A DNA stretch of 64,000 nucleotides from positions 27,528,001 through 27,592,000 of the forward strand of contig JBHGNT010000001.1 in assembly GCA_043228905.1 (NCBI GenBank), read 5' to 3'. The DNA is from Azolla caroliniana. Its lineage: Eukaryota > Plantae > Polypodiophyta. The notes beneath the pieces were generated by a model. It worked only from the letters and a program-made list of their open reading frames with translations. It searched no databases and was not told where the DNA came from. The translations under genes and the position numbers were made by a program. Positions 1 through 13,600 of this stretch are shown here, in pieces; the stretch's first letter is position 1, and each line of letters opens with the position of its first letter.

Positions 1-260
1 TCATAGAACCCTTGCGATACCGTATGGAAAATCAAAATCTTGCATAAGGTCAACCCAACGACCTTTACGACCAACAAGATCTGACTGGTCACAAAAATAC
101 TTCAATGATTGATGGTCTGTTGTAACCACAAATTTATTTCCATAGAGATAGTGCCTCCATGTTTTAAATGCTTGTATTACCACAAACAACTCTTTCTCTT
201 GAACCGAATACCGAGATTGATCAGCATCAAGCTTCTTACTTTCAAAAGCAATAGGGTGAC

Positions 261-1301
261 CTACTTCATAAAGAACAACACCAATAGCCTAATCACTAGC
301 ATCGGTTTCGATTGAGAAAGGCTTAGAAGGGTTCGATAATAGAAGAGTGGGAGCCTGACACACATACTCTTTGAGTGTCTTGAATGATTTGCCAAGTTGA
401 TCATTCCATGCAATTGGTTTGTCAGACTATGTGGATGACCTTTTAAAAGGTTAGTTAATGGCGTAGTCAATTTGGAATAGTTACGAACTGATTTTCGTAA
501 AAATCCAACAAACCCTAAGAATGATCGTAGTTCACGAATATTATGAGGAATGGGCCAAAGTTTAACCTTTTCAATACGAGAAGGTTCAATTTCAACACCA
601 TTTTCCATAATTAAATGACCTAGGTACACAATAGATTTTTGGAAAAAACCACATTTTGAATGTTTTGCATAGAAAGAGTTGTCATGCAACTTTTGCAAAA
701 CAAATCGAACATGTTGAACATGATCTTGCAAGGTACGACTATATATCAAAATATCATCCAAGAAGACGACAACAAAATCACCGAGTTGATCTCGGAAAAC
801 GTCATTCATCACTTGTTGGAATGTGGTTGGAGCCTTAGTCAACCCGAAAGGCATGACTAAAAACTCATAATGGCCATAACGCGTACGAAAAGCGGTTTTA
901 GGAATATCATCCTCGGCAATGCGAATCTGATGATAACCTATTCGTGAGTCAATTTTCGTAAAATATCGGACCCCATGCAAACAATCAATCAAATCATCGA
1001 CACGAGGTAACGGATATGCATTTTTAATTGTCATTTTATTCAAACGGCGATAATTGATACACATTCGCCATGAACCTTCCTTCTGCTTAACTAATAGAAT
1101 TGGCGCACCCCAAGGTGATTTACTATACCTAATGTGGCCCATACTCAAGTATTCCTTAAGTTGTTTAGCGATCTCATCCTCTTCTAATTGACTACGTCGG
1201 TAAGATGGAATGCTCACAGGAGCAGCACCGGGGATGAGTTCAATTTGATGGTCCACATTACGTTTTGGTGGTAAAGTAAGCAACAATTCGTTAGGAAACA
1301 C
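261..1301 (-). pseudogene. Gypsy reverse transcriptase fragment (frameshifted before RNase H)
   Basis: PYRRS, SPWGAPILLVK, WRMCINYRRLN, YEFLVMPFGL, FLDD motifs. Confidence 0.9.
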
Positions 1302-2116
1302 GTCTTGAAAATCGTCTAAAATAGAGTCGAGTAATCATTGTTCATGATGTGGTAATTGTGTGGTGTCAATATTAAAATAATAAAATTGAAGCACAGGATC
1401 AATTCCACATGAATAAATTAATGAACTACAATACTCACTTAAAGATTTAGAAGACACAAGTGAACGAGAAGGAAGTTTGGAACATTGAATAAAATGTTTA
1501 CAATTATTAAGTTCAAATGTGATTGAGTGATTAACCGAATCAATGGACAAAGAAGGGTTTTTATTAAAAAACCAAGGGTATCCTAAAATGACATCTGCGG
1601 ATTGTAGTTTCATAACATGAAAGTCTAGCTTCTCCAAATAGGTATCTATTTGAATTGGTAGTTGACAAACAATGCCACTGATGTATTGAACGCTTCCATT
1701 TGCCATGTGAACTTGATAGATATGATCACTTGCGTTTATGTGGAGTTCCATTTGCTGCACAAAGTGATCATTAAGAAAATTGTGAGAACTACCAGAATCA
1801 AACAAGAAATGTGCTTGTGTTCCATTGATATACCCGACTGCTCAGAGTAAATCATTAGGTCCAAGTAAATGTGAAGGAAAAGTGCATTCACATGAACTTA
1901 AGTGGTTGGTATGATCTTCAACAACATCAAAAGACTCACCTGTGTGACTCGTAGATTTGTCTTGAGGAGGGGTGTTCATTGACTTCCTCTCAAGACTACA
2001 ACAGGTATCCTTTGTGTGGCCCCGCTTCTTGCAATATGCACAAAAGAGGTTCGGTTTCTTGGAGTCGCGGTCAAGAGTATCATTGGATTGCTTACGTTTC
2101 CTAATGAACTTGGCAT

Positions 2117-2833
2117 TCAGAGTTTTGGCGAACTCAGGTTTATTGTGGTCTTTCTTGGAAGTCCTGATTTTTGGATTTGGGTCCAAGCATGATGCACATA
2201 ATCCTCGAGAGAGGTAAATGTCTTACTCGACAACGTGAGCAAGTGTTGCGCTTGTTCAGTTTGAGAAGGTGGCTGTAAAAACTGTTTCTTAAAAACATCA
2301 ACGAAACCTTCCCAAGTTGTGGGTAAGTTCTTTGCAGTCCTTAGGCCACGCCACCAAGCAGCAGCTCGGCCACCTAACTCACGACCGACATAACCAATTT
2401 TTACAGCATCGGGCTTGGGGTGGAGCTCAAAGTGAGACTCCCAACGACCAAGCCAAGTGCTAATGGCCTCCTCGATTCTTTCTTTCTTATCTCCCTTGAA
2501 TGGCGTTACTACGAAAGAAGGTTCACTTTCTTTCTTCGACTCAATAGTCAATTCTTGGAATTTCTTTTCCAATGCCATATTCACTTGCCTCATTTCGGCC
2601 AATTGATTCAAGGTAGTAGTGACCAATTGCTCAATAGTGATCTCAGCTTGTGTGCGAGATGTGGATTGGAGTTGAGAGGTCTCGGTCGGAGAGATTGCTC
2701 CAACAACGTTCAAAACTTGTTCCATGATACAAGTTGTGGGTATGCAATATAAATAAGGAGGTTCAGAAAATACACAAGCAAAATGAATGCTTGAAATTTT
2801 GATTGTAAGAACTTTACCAAGAAAGCATCTCAC
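2117..2833 (-). pseudogene. Gypsy gag fragment (frameshifted to the zinc-knuckle ORF 1842-2186)
   Basis: Retrotransposon gag-type motif LGGRAAAWW...PTTWEGFVDVFKKQF. Confidence 0.75.
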
Positions 2834-3709
2834 GTCTTTACCCCTCTAGACATATGAGATGTGATTCGAGATCCGATAACTATGGTAACACTATGGTGTT
2901 TTAAAAACCATGGGAGCAAACATAGCTAAGATGTCTTTCTCGGATCTCTATCTTGAGTAATCATGGCGGCTCCCCGAGGCTCACCATGGTTCCAACATCA
3001 ATGTAATTTCCTAGTTAGCCTTATATTAATGTCAAACCAACATGTATTGATATGGTCGAAAAAGTGTATTACGTGAAAAATACAAGTGCACTCACAAGTA
3101 ATATTCTAGTCCTTTGAGTAACAAGCAAATGTGATGATAAAAATGATAAAATAAGGCACTACCCATTAGAGGCAAGTAGTTACAAAAACAAGGGTAAAAA
3201 TACCCATGTGCTACCTACTAAAAAAACAATGTCACAAATAAATGGGAGGTGCGAGGTATGCACATATACATCCCAATATGATGGTTGTAATTTGCACAAT
3301 TGTGACATAAGCCACAAATTGATACGCAAAGATGTGGTACTCAAATCCATGAAGAAACATCAATAAGAAACTCATGTGGTTTTACTTGAGTTCTAAGGCT
3401 CGATAATATGAGTTAAACGTAGAATCTGATCCGTTGGAAAAATCGTTAAAAAAAAACGGCATGATGCCCATTCCATACGAAAAAAATAGTCTACACGAAA
3501 GTGTTACATCATAGGTTAACGCATGTAAATACTTTATACATGAAAAGGAAGGGGGAAAAGGAGAATTAATTGTGGGCGAGTAAACAATAATTACGAGATA
3601 ATCATATAAGTGAAATGACAATTTGTGGAATTAGAAATTAATTAGGATAATAAGCAATTAGGTGTATGGAACATTAAGCATGCCTTAAGGTACGAAACCC
3701 TAGAGTAGT

Positions 3710-4165
3710 CGACATGCACCTCCTCAAGACCACCACATCTCCCTAGAATCGGCCAAGTGATGGCTCAATAAAGAGTAAAGTGACATAGGTAGGCGACATA
3801 TACCTCGTCAAGGCCTCAACATCCATAGAATCGGCCAAGTGATGGCTCAATAGAGAGTAGAGTGGCATAGGTAGGCGACATACACCTCATCATGGCCACA
3901 ACATCCCATAGACTCGGCCAAGTGATGGCTCAATAGAGGGAAGAGTGGCATACTCAACATCATATGCAAAAGGGCCATGAGGTGAGTGTGTGTTATTAGG
4001 ACAAACAAGCTCGACCTAATGCACAACAATAATTAATATCGTAAGAGAAGGCTCAAGAGAGGGGAGCATAGGAGATACATCGCAATATACAAAAGGGCCA
4101 TGAGTTGAGCGTGTGCGATTAGTGCAAACACGCTCAGACCGATGCACAATAATAATTAAAATTGT
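3710..4165. repeat. Two tandem repeat sets in the Gypsy 5' leader (~82 bp x ~3; ~120 bp x 2)
   Basis: AGA(A/C)TCGGCCAAGTGATGGCTCAATA at 3745, 3827 and 3910; CAAAAGGGCCATGAG...ATGCACAA(C/T)AATAATTAA twice in 3965-4160. Confidence 0.8.
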
Positions 4166-4392
4166 ATCGTGGTAGAAAGAAGAAAGAAAAGAAAAGAAAA
4201 CGTAATACAAATTTGATTCGACCAACAAGAACGCATCATAGAAAGAAGAGAGATCGAGAAAGAAGAATACGGGATGTAGAGTGTTATTTTGATCCTAAGA
4301 AGAACATGACGAGCCTTGTTAGATCCCCATCGCTCACATGCAAAAAATATCAGAACAACAAAAAAAATTGTTAGTGAAAGCTCTAATACCAC

Positions 4393-4795
4393 TATTAAGA
4401 GACTATTACTAATCAATAGACCAAAGTAAAGTAAAAGAAGGAAAATAGATTGGATAGAAGAACCCGTTCCACCCGACCACCCCAGAGCTATGATTTAGAC
4501 ATAGCCAACCTACCACCAACGTCCCATACCGCTAGATATTAGGAAGACTAATACCTTGGAAAAGATAAACACGATCGTCGAGACGAAAGCCTAGCCTGCA
4601 CCACCGGTGTCTAAGACAACAATCTTCTGACATAATGTCCTTATGAGGGTAGCTAAGCCTCATATTTATACATTTTCCTAAGCCCCTTGAATAGATGTGT
4701 CTTTCTAAAAGGCTCTCCATTCATTGGTTGTCCAAATCATGATAGTGCATGCACCTATAATTCCTTCTATCCAATCATTAGTCCCCTTTTTAACA
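4393..4795 (-). repeat. Putative 5' LTR of the Gypsy element
   Basis: Adjoins the decayed PBS (GCTCTAATACCA, 4380-4391); ends T(A)TTAAGA...TTTTAACA resemble TG..CA termini; minus-strand TATAAAT near 4665. Confidence 0.55.
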
Positions 4796-7704
4796 TTAGT
4801 GAACATACCCTTCATTAATGTAATTATCAATGACCTACCGTCACCAACATTATGTGTACATAACAAAAGATAGTCGGGTTTTTGAAAGCAATTGATGAAA
4901 CTTGGTTGCTTGAATAATTTTAGGCCTCAATAATTTCTCAATACTTTCCGGTGAAGGGTCCAATGGATTTGATAAAGAATAGTTTATTTAATTGTTGATC
5001 ATTTTCTTCCCTTATAAGATGACCCCTACATCTATTGTGGCACAATTGTGTGATTTGGTGTTGTACGATGTGAACAAACTTTGGATCCTTTTGGAATTTA
5101 TGGAGAATTGATCAAAGGCAAATAATATGGGGATCATGTATTCCATCCTCCCCCTTGAATGTATGTTGTGAAGTAGTCCATGTCCATAAGGTCATACAAA
5201 GACCGTATTGAACAAAAATTACTTGCTTTAGTAAAGGTGGTTCTTTTTTCTTGTACATGGAAATATTTTCTTCCTACAACTGGTCATGGACACTCTTATG
5301 AGTTTAAAAATCTAACGGTGCCAAATATATATGGGTGTGTGTGTGTGTGTGTGTGTACACTTGCGAGTGCATAGTTTGAAACTTATACCTTTGTTGGAGA
5401 AAAACATGACTCAAAAGACTGGAATTTGGTTAACAACAATTGAAATTTGTACATATATTCCCCAAGTCATAAATGTTTTGCAAAACGGGGCACTAAATTC
5501 TCAATCATCAAATACAAAGGTAAGACATTCATTAGTTTCCAAGACAAGTACTCATGTTAATGAATGAATCAACAACTATCCGTGTCTAATATTGGTTTTG
5601 AGGGGCATTTTCTATCCGAGGAAATGGATATGTATATGCAAGATATTCAATTGTGCATGTGTGACATACTACAACATCCAAGATTTCTTAGCATATCAAT
5701 ATCTATGGATGTGTGTAAGAGAGGGCACTTTGAGGCGTCTGAGTGTTGGGAAAGGCAGCATCACATATGGGCCAACAAGCTAGAAACATGATTGCACTGA
5801 CAGATGTTAAATCATGTTTTCAGTTACAGACATTACAATTGTATAAATTTGCAATATATCATCAAATGGGTATAGATTCGCAATTTGCAACCACAAATGG
5901 GAATAGATGTCATGTGCACACCATCAATGTAGCTTAGCAGAAGTAAAAATATACAACAATTATTATCATTAATTATCATCCATCAAATGCAAATTGCCAA
6001 AACATCAATCCAGTAGTTGGCATTTAAAACTAGGATTGCAAATCTTATCACGCATTTACAATTCCTTGTCCAAGAGAATTACATGCACCTGTGTGACCTC
6101 CAATTAGATTACACATACATAATGGGTGGATGATCTCCCCTTCAGTTAGATTCCACACAATTGTCAGGAAGTATATGGTGCATGAATATCTATGTAAAGT
6201 AAATAACAGTCAGAGATATACACTTGGATATTACCATGAGGTGTTTGAACACAATCAGGGAAGCTGTCTTTTACACAGAGCATGATAGTAGTTTCTACTG
6301 TTAAAATTCTCTCCAATATCCCTATTGTTCGAGTCTTTTCCATATGTTTAGTGAGGACATGTGGATACTAGATTTACATAGAGTGATTGGTTGCACTTTG
6401 CAGTGGTTTAATGTACTATTGCCAGAATACAAAAAAATTGCTCGCATAAATAATTTAGTAATAGCAACCTATTTATCTAAATACACAGATAAATAAAAAA
6501 AGGCAGCAGAACTTATCTAACGACACAAATAATATACATAAGAAGAATTATTAAAAGGTAAGTATCTGCCATTCTAGATTAATTATATTATAGCACTAAC
6601 TCCTACAGAACAAGTCATCTAAACACAAAAAACAATATACCGAATGAATTAGTAGCGGATCAACAGCTGCTGTATAGATGGATTATGGCTATTACAATAT
6701 GATAAGGCTCATAGCACAATGCACAGATATCATATTACAGGAAAGAGATTACTATTATAATCCGAGCTTTAGCCTTTGCATGAGACATATATCGTCATAT
6801 TCAGCCACAAAATCCAGGAGTTAAAATTCATGTTCTCTTCATAGAAAACAAAGGAAATCCATCCCGTACCATGCTCAAAGTAGTTTGCACATAAAAATCT
6901 GGGGACTACTCCCAAATACTGCCTAGATCCATGAACACCATGAAGTCTACCGATTGGTAGGTATTAGAATTAGATCTAAGGCCCTAAAACATGATCTTGC
7001 ATTATTATCCATCCATATATCAAAATATCATGCATTTGCAAATGAAAATCAATACAATACCCTTGATCATACAGACATTGGTGCACACAAGAACCATAGT
7101 TAGTGCTCACAATTTATGGTCTCTATTCTTCTGAGAGGATGAACTAAAAAATAGATATCATGCACTACATTAATGCAGATTCACAAAATGGCAGCCACTA
7201 TACCAGCAAGAAAGACATTAATAGACAATTCAAACTATCTACTAAGGCCACATTTTCTTCTCAACATAAGAAGAGGAAGGTCATTTCAATCTATACATAA
7301 GAAAGTTAGAGTTAAATACGACTGTACAGGACAGGAACAAAGCGAAGAATTTTACCCCTTTCCATTAATGATCTCTCTCTGTATGGGGATAGGACGAAAT
7401 GATTTATACCATACGATCATTATACCCATGCATATAGATAAAAAAACATACTCACTACGTGAAAATTTACGAAATGTGGTAATTAAAGAAAGACATTACA
7501 ATAAGTCAAAGCTATTATATACTAAAAGATCACAAAACCACAAGATGCATCCTTTTCAACCATCCATGATCTCTTTGTCATTCTTACAAGAACAGTATTA
7601 TGATGCATCCAGATCAAGGTCACCCACATTCTTCTATCACATACCTACCATCGCATAATAGAATGAATCACAGGCGCGGCCACACTGTTCAAACAGCAGC
7701 CATT

Positions 7705-8310
7705 TCAATACCTAGATCCATGGGAGCGATTGGCGGCGGTATTGGCACTGACACTGAACTTCCTCTCGGGAGGGGCGAACTCGGGCTTCTTGATGGAGAG
7801 GATCTCTCGGCCGCCACCCCCAATGGACGCGACACGAACAGTAATCTCCTGTCCGACCTTGAAGAGGCGCTCAAGGATGGCCAGGCCGCCTGTAAAGCCC
7901 AGATCCTGTGCAGGGAGGTACGCGTCCTTCCCACTGGGCATAGTGACCCAGTAGCCTACAGGAAGCGTGTCCCGGATCACCGCCTGCACCGTACCAGGAT
8001 CTCCCTTCTGCAGGAGCTTGTGTGGAGCCAGATCCACGTTCCTAGCCTCTTCCTCCATCTCCGCTTGCACTTGGGCCTGAGAGATGGGCTCCCTGCGGAG
8101 CCAGCGCCGACTCATTCTCATCATCATCATCATCGGCATGGTCGGGATCCCTGCCACCGCGAAGGAAGAAGAAGGTCGATACGCTGAGTGAAAGTCTATG
8201 GCTGCACCTGACCTAAACAGTGAAGGAGGAGAAGGCACAGTTGTCAGGGATCTTGATCCTTTACGGGAGTGGAGCAGGAATGCAGCGGCAGAGGATCTCA
8301 TCTTCATCAT
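7705..8310 (-). CDS. Single S1 (OB-fold) RNA-binding-domain protein with predicted organellar presequence, paralog 1
   Basis: 201-aa ORF. Arg/Ser-rich, acid-poor N-terminus. S1-type pattern GTVQAVIRDTLPVGYWVTMPSGKDAYLPAQDL...FKVGQEITVRV...REILSIK. Two paralogs in the window. The last residues overlap a possible donor (AG|GTATTG), so the C-terminus is uncertain. Confidence 0.8.
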   Translation of the reverse strand: MMKMRSSAAAFLLHSRKGSRSLTTVPSPPSLFRSGAAIDFHSAYRPSSSFAVAGIPTMPMMMMMRMSRRWLRREPISQAQVQAEMEEEARNVDLAPHKLLQKGDPGTVQAVIRDTLPVGYWVTMPSGKDAYLPAQDLGFTGGLAILERLFKVGQEITVRVASIGGGGREILSIKKPEFAPPERKFSVSANTAANRSHGSRY

Positions 8311-8382
8311 CTTCGTGATTGCTAGTGGTAGTAGTCAGACGCAGATTGAGGAAAGGAAAGCTATGGACCTGCCTGCCTGCAT

Positions 8383-8390
8383 AAACCCTA
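8383..8390. promoter_or_regulatory. Telo-box (AAACCCTA) upstream of S1 paralog 1
   Basis: Exact AAACCCTA about 75 bp 5' of the start codon. Confidence 0.5.
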
Positions 8391-8869
8391 AACCCCAAGG
8401 TATTGTGCTGCAGGTTTTCTGCTTTAAAACCTATGATGATGTGTTCACATTCATCCCGGACAGGCCAGAGCATGGCAGTCAATAAGGAGTAGGAGCCTGA
8501 GCCCGAGCCTGGAGGAGCACCACCGATTGTCCTCTGACACCTCTCCGGTGTTACGCATCCTGAATGCACCTAGGTTGTGAATCATCACCTCTCTCATAGG
8601 CCTTGCGAATTCGCCGATGCCGATCATCGACGGGCTTAGTTAAAGCGACTTGTTTCTTCACTCGGCCAGTCCGTTCTCTTGCATCTGGTACTTCGATTTG
8701 TGGACCACATGACATGTCGATTCGTGTGATCCACCTAGATGACCAAGTTAATGAAGTCGCATCTCCTTAGTCACTGGCTTGTTTGATCAAACCACTAAAT
8801 GGGGGACATTGTGTTGTCTCGTATGGTTTAGTCTTAGTGTACTAGTGGCCATTATACATTAGATATGGT

Positions 8870-9900
8870 TAAAGAGCCAACGAATTTGAACCCCCCATCT
8901 TTGGAACAGATCCAAGGGAACGACAAGATGGTGGCCATTTGAAATACACATGTGCAACCTTCTCGACAGCTGGCCCACCGTAGATTGCTTTGCCAATTCA
9001 ACATATTGCCCATCTAAAACGTTGTGATAAGCTTCTCCTTAGGCCTCCTTGTTTATCATGTAGCCAAACACCATGTCACCGTTCGTACCCTCGTGGTAGA
9101 GGATTCCAACAAGGCAAAAAACGTGACTCTAGATGGAGAGACACTCTTGCTCTTCTTTGTCATCTCAACTAAAGGCAAACTTTGATTAAGGAAGAACTAC
9201 TTTTCCGAAATTCATTGATATGGGTCATCCTTATTATAGCATGGGTTCTCGCTTCTGCTTATTCATAGGATCACAATAGTGGGAAAATCATCTAAACAAC
9301 CCTTAACCCTTTGGTCAAATTCAAAGTGAGATACATACAAATGCATATGTTGTGTATAGAAGGCGAACTCGATGTCTTGTAAAAGAATTGTCCAATGGGT
9401 GAGGTTTCCATTGAACATGGACATGATGAAAAAATAGAGCAATGTATAAAGGTTGACATGGACTACAAATACTCACAATATGTAATTCAAGAACTTGTTT
9501 ACACTATAGATCATTCCATATGCTTCCATCTCAAAAAGTGTAGTTAGTGTTACACATCTTTTGACATGCATAGTAAAATGACCAATACCATGTGAGGCCG
9601 TATGACAACATTAACACGTTGTTGATGGTATGCATCAACAAACACATGGTTCCAATTCAGCCATTGTAGAAATAAATCTTGTGTTAGCATGACCTTGAGT
9701 GCTCTAAAGGCACAATGTTCAACCTTGGGCCACGAGAAGGTAATATTGCGGAAAACGACTTTAGGTCATGGAGAGAAGTCATACAAGTAATGGAGCATCC
9801 AACTAAGCCATTGTAATTGGCTAAGAAAGTGATATGAAATCTTGGTGTTGGTCAAGGCAAAAGGCATCAAGTGTTGCGGGCATGACCATATAGTGTCCCA
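8870..9900 (-). mobile_element. Highly decayed Ty3/Gypsy pol remnant (RT linker-RNase H-integrase)
   Basis: Minus-strand translation by eye gives AFRALKVMLTQ (~9690-9720), HVFVDA (~9630-9648), GPAVEKVAHVY (resembles WPTLEKDAHAY) and PLDLFQRWG..FVG (~8875-8920). Confidence 0.55.
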
Positions 9901-9925
9901 TGGTAAGTTTTACCATAGTATTCTA

Positions 9926-10598
9926 TGTTGGGATTTCGGTCCCTCCGGATGGGATGTCCGGAGATGAATGACGGCAAGCCCGGAGGCTGTTACGGAACCG
10001 TAGGATGAAGAGTACCCGGCATGAAGCCGGATGAAGAGTACCCGGTTACGGAGCCGGATGATGAAGACCCCGGTTACGGAGCCGGATGCTGAAGACCCCG
10101 GCTACGGAGCCGGATGACGAATGTACCCGGAGAGAGAGATCCGGATGCGGGGACATATTTGTGAATATGTTTGCCAAGAGCCCTTGAGGTTATATTTGTA
10201 AATAGCCCGAAAGTCATATGTGTATAAATATGACTTAGGGCAAACAGTTTAGGTTGTTGTTGCTCATTTTTCTGTTTTCCACTAAGAGGGAGCGAAGTGA
10301 GAGCAGCCGAGAGAGAGTGAGAGAGAAGGAGGAAGGAAGAGGCCGACGCCTCTGTGTAATACCGCCGCCTGTGGCGAGGACAGCGAGCTCAAGGTCGTCG
10401 CCTTGCAGCTCGCCATTGTACATTCCCGCGTATAGTGATAGTTGGAGTCTTGCACTCCCGTGGTTTTTCCCATTTAGGGTTTTCCACGTAAAACATCCAG
10501 TGTGCCCTTCTCTCTATTGTTTTCGTGCATTGTTGTATTTCCCGTTTTCTGTGAATCGATCCTGTTCCTCGGTTGTGGCCGAGCACGGAAGTACGACA
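9926..10598 (+). repeat. 5' LTR of the intact Copia
   Basis: TGTTGGG...GTACGACA; matches 14714-15386 at an offset of 4788; TATAAATA at 10223. Confidence 0.97.
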
Positions 10599-10629
10599 AA
10601 CTGGTATCAGAGCGACGGTAACACAGAAA

Positions 10630-13600
10630 ATGGAAGGCGGCAGCAGCGGGCAGCCGGGGATGATGGTGCTGAATGCGCAGAACTACGCCGACTGGAAGAT
10701 AAAGATGGAGGATCTTCTGATTGTTCGGGACCTGTACGAACCGATTGACAGGTCGGAAATACCGAAGGGGGTACTTGAGTCGGAGTGGAAGCTCCTGAAC
10801 CGGAAAGCCGTAGCGACGATCCGACAATATGTCGATGTAAGCGTTCTACAGCATGTGGCGAACGACACCAACGCATATGAGATGTGGCGGAAGCTGTCGG
10901 GCCTCTATGAGAGGAAGAATGCGTTGAACCGGACCTCCCTGATGAGGAAGATAGTGAACCTCAAGTACCGGGACGGCGAGAGTATGGTGGAACACGTAAG
11001 CACGTTCATGGGATTCGTGAACCAGCTTGCGGCGATCAAGTTCCCGTTGGAGGATGCAATGCAAGCCATCATCCTGATGTGTACATTGCCGGACAGCTGG
11101 GAGAACTTGGTGGTGACTCTCAGCACCTCCTGCGCCGAAGATAACTTGTCCCTACAAACGGTAAAGACAAGTATTTTGAACGAAGAAGCGCGTCGGAGAG
11201 ATAAAGAACCGGTCTCCGACTCGAAGGCGCTGCTTACCGAATCGGAACGGGGAAGACAATGGAACCGGAGTCCGCAAAGACGGGAGAAGTCGGGGACCCG
11301 GTCGCAGTCAAGAGGAAGACCCACATGCTTCCACTGTGGGAAGCCGGGGCACTTCCGGAAGAATTGTCGGCATTACCGAAAAGACAACGGAGCCGACGAC
11401 ACCGATTCGAAGAAATCACCGGAGAGAAACGGTGCATACCGGGGAGCCACGGACCGGAGAGGTCCGGATCGGCGAGGGCAGGACCGGAAAGGAACGACGG
11501 CACTCGCAGCAAGTGAAGAAGAGATAATGCTTATTACCGAAGAGAGGGAGCTGAACCTTGCCGGTGTAGAGATGACCTGGGTGGTCGATTCCGGAGCGTC
11601 GTTCCACCTGACCCCGGAGAAGAAATACTTCTCATCCTACACAGCCGGTGAGCACGGCTGTGTCCGGATGGGAAATGAAGGTACGTGCCGGATAGCCGGC
11701 ATAGGAGACGTGTGGCTGATGACATCAACCGGATGCAAGATGCTGCTGAAGGATGTGCGACACGTTCCGGAGGTCCGATTGAACCTGATCTCGGCCGGGA
11801 GGCTAGATGATGACGGCTACACGGGTAGCATCCGGAACGGTGTCATGAAGTTCAGCAAGGGGAGCCTGATCGTGGATCGGGCCCGGAAGGTCAACACACT
11901 GTACCTGATGAATTCCCGGCTATGTCTGGAAGAGCTGAATGTGGCAGCCGACACTGCCGGTGAGCTGTGGCACAAAAGACTGTGCCACATGAGTGAGAAG
12001 GGGATGAAGAGGCTTGCAGAAGACAACCTCATTCCAGTGAAGCATGTGCACTTGGAGAAGTGCACCGACTGCCTGGCCGGTAAGCAAAACCGGACCTCCT
12101 TCCACTCAAGGCCACCGACGAGACGTAGCGCACCATTGGAGTTGGTGCACACCGATGTGTGTCAGGTAGAAACGAAGTCGCATGGCGGAGCCCAGTACTT
12201 CGTAACATTCATTGATGATCACAGCCGGAAGCTGTGGACGGCACCGTTGAAGACAAAGGACCAAGTATTGTCCGTCTTCAAAGAACTCCACGCGAGAGTG
12301 GAAAGGGAATCCGGCAAGAAGCTGAAAGCGATACGAGCGGATAACGGAGGGGAATACCGGGGGCAGTTCCAGGAGTACTGTCGCTCGAAGGGAATCCGGC
12401 TCGAGTTTACTGTGCCGAAGACGCCGGAACTAAACGGGCTGGCCGAGAGGATGAACCGGACCATAATGGAGAGGGTCCGGAGTATGCTGGCGCATGCGAA
12501 ATTACCCAAGGGGTTTTGGGCTGAGGCAATGTCGACGGCGACATACGTGATAAACAGATCACCCTCAGTACCTTTGGACGGAGACACGCCGCAGAAAGTG
12601 TGGACCGGTAAGGAAGTGTCCTACCGGCATCTGAAGGTGTTCGGGTGTCTCGCATACGTGCATGTGGCAAAGGACCGGAGAGGAAAGCTAGATCCAAAGA
12701 CCCGGCCATGCATATTCCTCGGTTACGGCGACGACGAGTTCGGCTACCGAGTATGGGACCCGGTCGACAAGAAGATATTCAGGAGTCGAGACATCATCTT
12801 CATGGAGGACAAGACACTCGCCGACTGGGAGTCGGAGAAGAAGATGAAGAGCTCCAAGTCAACCGGTGAGTATAAACTCTACGAGGAGCAGTCCCGACCG
12901 GCAAGGGACCGGTTAGCACTCGAGGATCCGGCCGAAGACGGTGAAGAAACAGAACCGGCCGAAGAAGATGAAAACGATACCGGAACCGGCCCCGATCCCG
13001 AAATAGATTCGGATGAAGAAGAATCGGAAGAACCGGTTACCGAAGCTCCGGAACGGAGATATCCTCTAAGAGAGAGAAGGGCCCCCCGGAGATTTCCGGA
13101 ACCAGAGCACGTGCTGCTAACCGACGAGGGGGAGCCGGAGAGCTTTGAAGAAGCAAAACATGACACCCAGAGCCGCAGGTGGTTGAGTGCCATGCAGGAC
13201 GAAATGGATTCCTTGCATGAGAACCACACATATGAACTTGTGGAGTTGCCGAAAGGAAAGCGGGCACTTCGAAACAAGTGGGTGTTCAAGCTGAAACCGG
13301 GAGATGCCGGAAACCCCCCGAGATACAAAGCCAGGATCGTGGTGAAGGGGTTTCAGCAGAAGAAGGGCGTCGACTTCGACGAGATATTTGCCCCGGTAGT
13401 GAAGATGACCTCCATCCGGACGGTGCTGAGCATAGCGGCAAGCATGGACCTCGAGGTAGAACAGATGGACGTGAAGACGGCATTCCTTCACGGTGACCTC
13501 GAAGAAGAGATCTACATGCAGCAACCGGAAGGATTCGAGAAGAAAGGGAAGGAGCACCTGGTATGCCGGTTGAAGAAGAGCCTTTACGGACTGAAGCAGG

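Larger units (their letters stand above)
1..4795 (-). mobile_element. Degenerate Ty3/Gypsy LTR retrotransposon (gag-PR-RT-RH; integrase would lie beyond the window start)
   Basis: Minus-strand ORF pieces in Gypsy order: gag 2117-2833 (ELGGRAAAWW..LPTTWEGF), CCHC-like knuckle 1842-2186 (CAYCKKRGHTKDTC), protease 1335-1805 (FDSGSSHNF), RT 261-1301 (GYHQIRI..KTAFRT, VFLDDILI), RNase H 1-260 (TDHQSLKY). Broken by stops and frameshifts. Decayed tRNA-iMet primer-binding site (PBS) at 4380-4391. Confidence 0.9.

Noticed and set aside
7173-7658. 161-aa plus-strand ORF in AT-rich DNA
   Set aside because: No motifs; lies antisense to the 3' region of S1 paralog 1.
7600-8187. 195-aa plus-strand ORF with a His run
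   Set aside because: Antisense shadow of S1 paralog 1; the His run is the complement of the (ATG)n tract, and no equivalent long ORF is conserved at the other paralogs.
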